From Candidatus Eiseniibacteriota bacterium (GTDB lineage: Bacteria; Eisenbacteria; RBG-16-71-46; CAZEPH01), in assembly GCA_044229145.1 (NCBI GenBank), contig JBGATO010000007.1:41584-81625 (forward strand): 40,042 bases of DNA. Reading direction: 5' to 3'. Shown here piece after piece: positions 36,701-40,042 of this stretch. The stretch's first letter is position 1; every line of letters starts with the position of its first letter. The position numbers were made by a program, and so were the translations under genes. The notes beneath the pieces were generated by a model. It was given only the letters and a program-made list of their open reading frames with translations, did no database searches and had not been told where the DNA came from.

Positions 36701-37076
36701 CCACCTTTCCCGTGAACAGCGCGCCGTTTCCGATGCTGCCCGGGACGGTGCTCAAGTTGACCAACTGCGTGGACGTCACCGCCACGGTCGACAAATCCGT
36801 CGGCACCCAACCCTGCAAGCCCGATTCGAAATCCCAGCTCGTGATCGGCAATCCACGGATCATCGCGAGCCGGTCGTCGTCGGAGCAGGTCGGATCTTGG
36901 GCGTCACCCGACTTCGGCAGTCCGCCGTCGTCGGTCGCGGGAGCGATCGTCGCCGCATGCGGGGCTCGCCGCTCCGGCTGCACCGGATGGAATGGCACGC
37001 GAGCGAGCGCCGAGGAGCTGAGGGTCGTCGTGGCGATCGCCAGGTGCGCGAGGGCAAGTCTCATGCGGCCGATCAT
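33780..37076 (-). CDS. Large secreted Cys-rich multidomain protein with degenerate FlgD/T9SS-like C-terminal domain, 1098 aa
   Basis: AGGAG-N7-ATG; signal peptide ending ALA-R; WDFESGLQGW and YRSDSEAGFD (MAM/immune-inhibitor-A-like jelly-roll motifs, by eye). C-terminal VRIELFDAAGRLQR...LPAGRY...GVFFV...RRLLLLR. Confidence 0.8.
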   Translation of the reverse strand: MIGRMRLALAHLAIATTTLSSSALARVPFHPVQPERRAPHAATIAPATDDGGLPKSGDAQDPTCSDDDRLAMIRGLPITSWDFESGLQGWVPTDLSTVAVTSTQLVNLSTVPGSIGNGALFTGKVAWTGGLGGAGCAGSTACYPGYANNGRQIYFKTFIVGIGDSLSFAYRSDSEAGFDKTFVIVSRGGAPIPQGGGSYSFAGTESQRDTLATYSGSVQGTAKFDLASYANTTVTIIFDGETDEAVSDSDCGYDAHDGLFESDDVRVGGDLTTWDAGFNGWTAGWVAGVGTFAAVQPLAGLPNDDLCSSSTTCCGLSGNVVTFYDSAEPNFHADRQHDVIVSPVVDVTGLTSWLQLSFDVYANLPMAQGNYFVWHVRYSPVEAGSCACLDAGSWSPWLDENLQFYNDSSPSCLSRQAIDLSTVVPGHATKIQIALGVINYPMYATAPGGNQSPYIDNVTLMGDVASSGPSLTLLPFEMLQDSYPNAPSFLLAKSTPARVDAALNIAPNRTKTRLGDSTLCHVGLSCDPARAVEVDYLFKVTPGPCLNTSHPWWAAYTSQPKIATGRYAGFAVARADTVLEGKQLAGKFSPRGTFASVFHESPPASGTVYAGLGNWSAYTGGDGTHTIFPDDLFTPGTHIEWVVHATFVPATAADTYYPDPAWGNLDGDRAGNLMGNERWLSQNGTYDPTATFVEEFAVLPLTTMDGSTPNAANCAAAMPAHCFLYVDHADQRGPQTAIENAFRNLGVTWDRFDVRAPTSKMGNGLGTRFDTANYLPADHASGPHPALLREVYNTILWNTGDLAATNFSFGGTASGAEAGNDVGLLDGWLRLASSTHYLWASGDGTARFLNAPGARIAFLNQDLGVTYVGPQYRDKSTAWGVSLIGLGPDCTAGLNYGLRANWCPDRRSFNLLGAYTGSGASGVASVNFRYPNAGGTWYGAVQNVASTGGFHFRTQTDAWSLEQLRQVGITGDLGATNENIAAWTARALSTCATDCFAGLTVTAASPPEHSASTAGSFEVRMRDDSRRAEAIFAVPVSGRVRIELFDAAGRLQRRVVDEVLPAGRYARELELGPYARGVFFVHCEAPGVTRARRLLLLR

Positions 37077-37205
37077 CGAGGGTCTCCTGCGACTTCTGGG
37101 TAGGTGTAGATCGTGGCTACACGAGCATACGCAATTGCCTCGCCTCCACGAAAGCCCACGTCGCGCGAATACGACCGGCGTTTGCCTGTTGACACAAATG
37201 CAAGA

Positions 37206-37233
37206 AGCCCCGCGGCGAATTCGCCGCGGGGCT
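37206..37233 (-). terminator. rRNA operon terminator
   Basis: Perfect 28-bp palindrome AGCCCCGCGGCGAATTCGCCGCGGGGCT just downstream of 5S, followed on the minus strand by TCTTGCATTTGT. Confidence 0.8.
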
Positions 37234-37246
37234 CCCGCAATGAGGA

Positions 37247-37363
37247 CCCGGCATCGTCCTACTCTCCCACCTAGTTACCCAGGCAGTACCATCGGCGCTG
37301 GAGGGCTTGACGACCGTGTTCGGAATGGGAACGGGTAGGGCCCCTCCGCCATCGACACCGGGA
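37247..37363 (-). rRNA. rrf: 5S rRNA
   Basis: Minus strand TCCCGGTG...CCCGTTCCCATTCCGAACACGG...CGCCGATGGTACT...GGGAGAGTAGGACGATGCCGGG, ~117 nt with paired ends. Confidence 0.97.
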
Positions 37364-37505
37364 CCACTTGTCGCCAACGGGGAACGACGATCCGCGAATG
37401 AAACGAATGCCGCTCGTAACCCGTCAGCAAGATTGAACCGAATGAGAGATCAGTCGAGGAAGAACGAGCGTGCCTCCGATGAGGCACTTGTTCGAGAAGA
37501 AATCC

Positions 37506-40042
<2,537 letters not shown>

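Overview
GC-rich bacterial chromosome segment. The FlgD/T9SS-like C-terminal domains and the TrmD signature suggest an FCB-allied lineage such as Ca. Eisenbacteria or Krumholzibacteriota (inference). Left to right: (1) two paralogous large secreted KP-43-type S8 subtilases on the minus strand, flanking an outer-membrane beta-barrel gene; the first runs off the window and is missing from the ORF track. (2) The ffh-rpsP-KH-rimM-trmD-rplS-rnhB operon. (3) A small accessory patch with an exported hypothetical protein, a decayed BrnT fused to DUF2283, and an intact putative nuclease/DUF2283 toxin-antitoxin pair. (4) A long housekeeping string: EF-G II, yebC, ruvCAB, DUF2905, yajC, def, fmt, rsmB, PASTA protein, rpe. 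Here RsmB carries a ~420-aa RGG/Tyr-rich disordered N-terminus, and the def-fmt gap holds a ~150-nt structured element. (5) A ~9-kb module with an ECF sigma factor, a divergent double-zinc-finger membrane anti-sigma candidate and a signal-peptide TPR-CHAT (caspase-like) protease split by a frameshift. It is flanked by two inward-pointing secreted-protein genes that share a candidate ECF promoter motif. (6) The 3' part of an rRNA operon (partial 23S, 5S, terminator). No CRISPR array, tRNA or transposase was seen. The sigma/anti-sigma/CHAT module with its candidate regulon is the best candidate for an undescribed system. Apparent indels suggest the assembly may contain errors.
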